64,000 bases of DNA from Methanotrichaceae archaeon (GTDB lineage: Archaea > Halobacteriota > Methanosarcinia > Methanotrichales > Methanotrichaceae): contig CAWEXU010000004.1 of NCBI GenBank assembly GCA_963813075.1, positions 160,001 to 224,000 on the forward strand. Reading direction: 5' to 3'. Positions within the stretch are counted from its first letter, which is position 1; every line of letters starts with the position of its first letter. Both the position numbers and the translations under genes were made by a program. Of this stretch, positions 61,412-64,000 are shown piece by piece. The notes under the pieces were generated by a model. It saw nothing but the letters and a program-made list of their open reading frames with translations. It did not search any database and was not told where the DNA came from.

Positions 61412-62587
61412 CTATTGATATCTTTTATAAATTTCATTCAGATTCTGACGCTGTCTATCCCATTCGAACTGCCGGGCATAGTCAGAGATCGCCTCTCTAT
61501 CCCAATTTTTTTCCAGAGCTTCTGAAATTTTATTACATAAGTCTATGCTTAAATTGCTTTTGCATATGAGGCCATAATCATTCGAGGTGATGATCTCACA
61601 GACCCCGCCCACATTGGTGCTGACAAAAGGTATACCGCAGCCCAGGGCCTCGAACATGACGGTGGGATTCCCCTCATTCAGGCTTGCCAGCACAAATATG
61701 TCGCAGGCATTCATCCACAAAGGAAGCTCATCTCTGGGTTTTCTGCCCACGAGCTTTATGGATTCATCCAGACCGCATCTATCTATCTCCTCCTGCAGCT
61801 CGTTTCTGAGATTTCCTTCTCCGAGAATTATGCATAATATGTCCTTTGAAATCTTCACGAGCTCTCCGATGGCATGAATGAGATTCCTATGCCCTTTCAC
61901 CTTTACCAGGCTTCCAATGGATAGAATTATCCTCTTGCCCTCGGGCAAATTAAGTATCCTTCTGCAGGTCTTTTGATCGCGTGGATAAAAGCGTTTGCTG
62001 TCATATCCTGTTGGCAACACCTCCACCGGCCTTTTTATGTCCAATCTCCTTATGCATTCGGCGAGGCTGTTGCTGACGGTTATTATGCAATCAGATTCGT
62101 TTAATATCCCCCGGATCCTCTCTTTCCACAGGGGGCTCTTGAAGGGCAGGTCATATACATCATATCCATATCCTGAGACGATCAGTGGTATATGGTAGAT
62201 TTCCTTGAGCCGGGCACCCACATAGCCCGAGGTCCATACGAAATGAGAATGAATCAGGCTGGGCTGAAGCTTCTTCTGGCTGATCAATTTTGAAATTTTC
62301 CGATAATGCTTCTCGCCCAGGTGGCTGTATTGAGAGTCAATAGGTATAAAAAAGGCAGGTACGGTTGAGACGGATACATTCTCTGGCTTACCTGAATACT
62401 CTATCAGGGACTTCTTGGTAAAGAGGCTCAATTCGTGAATAGGCAGGTAATTGGATATCTCCGTTATTGGATTATGATAGACGAATACCTCAATTGAGTC
62501 GAAATTTCTGGATATAGACTCAATCTGATCTTTAACAAAATAGTTGTATATTGGGGTTATTGCTAATAGATTATTTTTATCTGGCAT
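61412..62587 (-). CDS. Glycosyltransferase family 4
   Basis: GSLVKVKG, SLNEGNPTVMFEALGCG, TNVGG. Confidence 0.92.
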   Translation of the reverse strand: MPDKNNLLAITPIYNYFVKDQIESISRNFDSIEVFVYHNPITEISNYLPIHELSLFTKKSLIEYSGKPENVSVSTVPAFFIPIDSQYSHLGEKHYRKISKLISQKKLQPSLIHSHFVWTSGYVGARLKEIYHIPLIVSGYGYDVYDLPFKSPLWKERIRGILNESDCIITVSNSLAECIRRLDIKRPVEVLPTGYDSKRFYPRDQKTCRRILNLPEGKRIILSIGSLVKVKGHRNLIHAIGELVKISKDILCIILGEGNLRNELQEEIDRCGLDESIKLVGRKPRDELPLWMNACDIFVLASLNEGNPTVMFEALGCGIPFVSTNVGGVCEIITSNDYGLICKSNLSIDLCNKISEALEKNWDREAISDYARQFEWDRQRQNLNEIYKRYQ

Positions 62588-62632
62588 TATTTATACCTCG
62601 TAATAACTCTGCAAATGATCGAATGGATATCA

Positions 62633-63103
62633 TTACCCCAATTTTTCTATATATTTTTTAATATTTGTTAACAGGCTGTTTTCAGAATCAAAGTTATCGA
62701 TAGCCTTTGCCCCTAAAATTAGCTCCAGGTTGAGCGAATCGATATCTTTAACCAAATAGATCTTGTTTTGCCTCTGCAATTCCAGCGCCAAATCCAATTT
62801 ATTCTCGTACTTGCATTCGTTGAACTCCTTTAACCTTGGCACCACGATTGTGGTCTTCCTGTTCAGAAGGCAGTTGAGGATTGAGCCTGCCCCATCGTGG
62901 GTAATTACTATGCGGGATTGCTTGATCAGCTTTAGGATCTCTTCATAGCTGATAAAATCAAAGTATTCCGCATTTTTTGGACTATAATTTGTAGCTCCTT
63001 TTTGCATAATCATCTTTTCTTGAGTCTTTCCTGCGATGAGATCGCATTTTTCTATGAGCCTATCAAATCCCTGATTATGCATGCCCACGGTCACGAAGAT
63101 CAT
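62633..63103 (-). CDS. PssE/Cps14G (Alg13-like) glycosyltransferase subunit
   Basis: MIFVTVG..FDRL, ITHDGAGSI, IVVPRL. Confidence 0.88.
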   Translation of the reverse strand: MIFVTVGMHNQGFDRLIEKCDLIAGKTQEKMIMQKGATNYSPKNAEYFDFISYEEILKLIKQSRIVITHDGAGSILNCLLNRKTTIVVPRLKEFNECKYENKLDLALELQRQNKIYLVKDIDSLNLELILGAKAIDNFDSENSLLTNIKKYIEKLG

Positions 63104-63549
63104 ATTATGGCCCCTTCATATACCGCTTTTTTTCCGTACTTTGCAAGGAGCTGCGGCCATTGAACCAAAAAATGATCGGCGACTGGATAGACAATCCTGC
63201 CGGTAAGCGAGGGATTATTCACCCTCGCCCAGCTCTCTATGAAGATGATTTTTGCGGCAAGCAGCTTTCCTATATACAAAGCGGGGATGGCAATTTCCGA
63301 TCCATTGCTGACTATGAGGTCTGGCCTGTATCTTAAGAGGACTTTGAGGAAGACCATGGCCGCAATGAACATCTTTAGGGGGTTATATCCGATATTTTTT
63401 ACTAAATATTTTTCATAATCCAGTTCTCGCGTCCTTTTAGAGTCATATGTAAGAATTATAATATCGTTTCCTTTAAATGCATCCATCAGGTAGAGCATTT
63501 GAGTGAGATGTCCTCCATGGGAGCACACAATAGCTATCTTCATAGACAT
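63100..63549 (-). CDS. PssD/Cps14F (Alg14-like) subunit
   Basis: CSHGGHL, PDLIVSNG, IFIES, SLTG, FLVQWP. Confidence 0.9.
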   Translation of the reverse strand: MSMKIAIVCSHGGHLTQMLYLMDAFKGNDIIILTYDSKRTRELDYEKYLVKNIGYNPLKMFIAAMVFLKVLLRYRPDLIVSNGSEIAIPALYIGKLLAAKIIFIESWARVNNPSLTGRIVYPVADHFLVQWPQLLAKYGKKAVYEGAII

Positions 63550-63563
63550 TCTCTTTACTTATA

Positions 63564-64000
63564 TCATAAATTATCCAATAATTGACCCAGGCCCTCATCT
63601 ATAGCGGTGAAAGGTCTCCAGCCAAGGATGCCTTTGGCCTTTTCGATATTTGCATAGCAATCCATTATTTCATTTCTGCGCCTCTCTCCTTGATAGACTA
63701 CCCTGATCTTTGATCCATGCTCTGAGCCATGCTTGGAGCCATGCTCTGATCCACGCCCTAATCCACGCTCTGATCCATGTTCTGATCCATGTTCTGATCC
63801 ATTTTCTGATCCAAAATTTGATCCATACTTTGACTCATATATCCTTATGATTATATTTATTATCTCTCTGACGCTATAACTCTGTCCACATCCAATATTG
63901 AATATATCAAAATCGCCCTGGTATTCGCCTGCCTTGATATATGCATCGATCATGTCTGTAATATAGACGAAATCCCTTTTCGGCTCGGAATCTCTCAAAA
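63564..64000 (-). CDS. NAD-dependent epimerase/dehydratase, 3' part (5' end beyond the window)
   Basis: RDFVYITD, FNIGCG, KAKGILGWRP...EGL. Confidence 0.85.
   Translation of the reverse strand, partial: LRDSEPKRDFVYITDMIDAYIKAGEYQGDFDIFNIGCGQSYSVREIINIIIRIYESKYGSNFGSENGSEHGSEHGSERGLGRGSEHGSKHGSEHGSKIRVVYQGERRRNEIMDCYANIEKAKGILGWRPFTAIDEGLGQLLDNL
63711..63830. repeat. In-frame 12-bp tandem repeat, 10 degenerate units
   Basis: Consensus TGATCCATGYTC on + strand, encoding (S-E/K-H-G)n. Confidence 0.92.

Overview
Archaeal chromosomal window. Gene content and protein style point to a methanogen of the Methanosarcinales/Methanotrichales, probably Methanothrix-like (inference, no search run). It is mostly core genes: the rpoH-B''-B'-A'-A''-rpl30e-nusA-rps12-rps7 operon, leuD/leuB-type genes, purP, purN, albA, bud32, tbp, polB, alaS, nob1 and ABCE1. 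It also holds three tRNAs (Lys-UUU and Thr-CGU with short BHB introns; Leu-CAG), a coupled run of five CBS genes + Rnl3-type RNA ligase + TIGR00300 protein, lemA with two DUF2207 paralogs, a decayed IS200/IS605 element between two toxin-antitoxin loci, a SET-domain gene and part of an AT-richer glycan cluster. About ten single-base frameshifts, including in rpoB', rps12 and polB, are best read as sequencing/assembly errors. The most striking unexplained signal is a pair of intergenic regions 28 kb apart (about 20390-20950 and 48180-48570). They are collinear diverged homologs with the same order of stems, structure-preserving changes and + strand G-U/GNRA signatures: a candidate multi-copy large structured RNA or non-autonomous element that I cannot assign to a known family. 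Next to copy 1 and tRNA-Leu lies an orphan protein whose residue pattern resembles one sliding-clamp domain.
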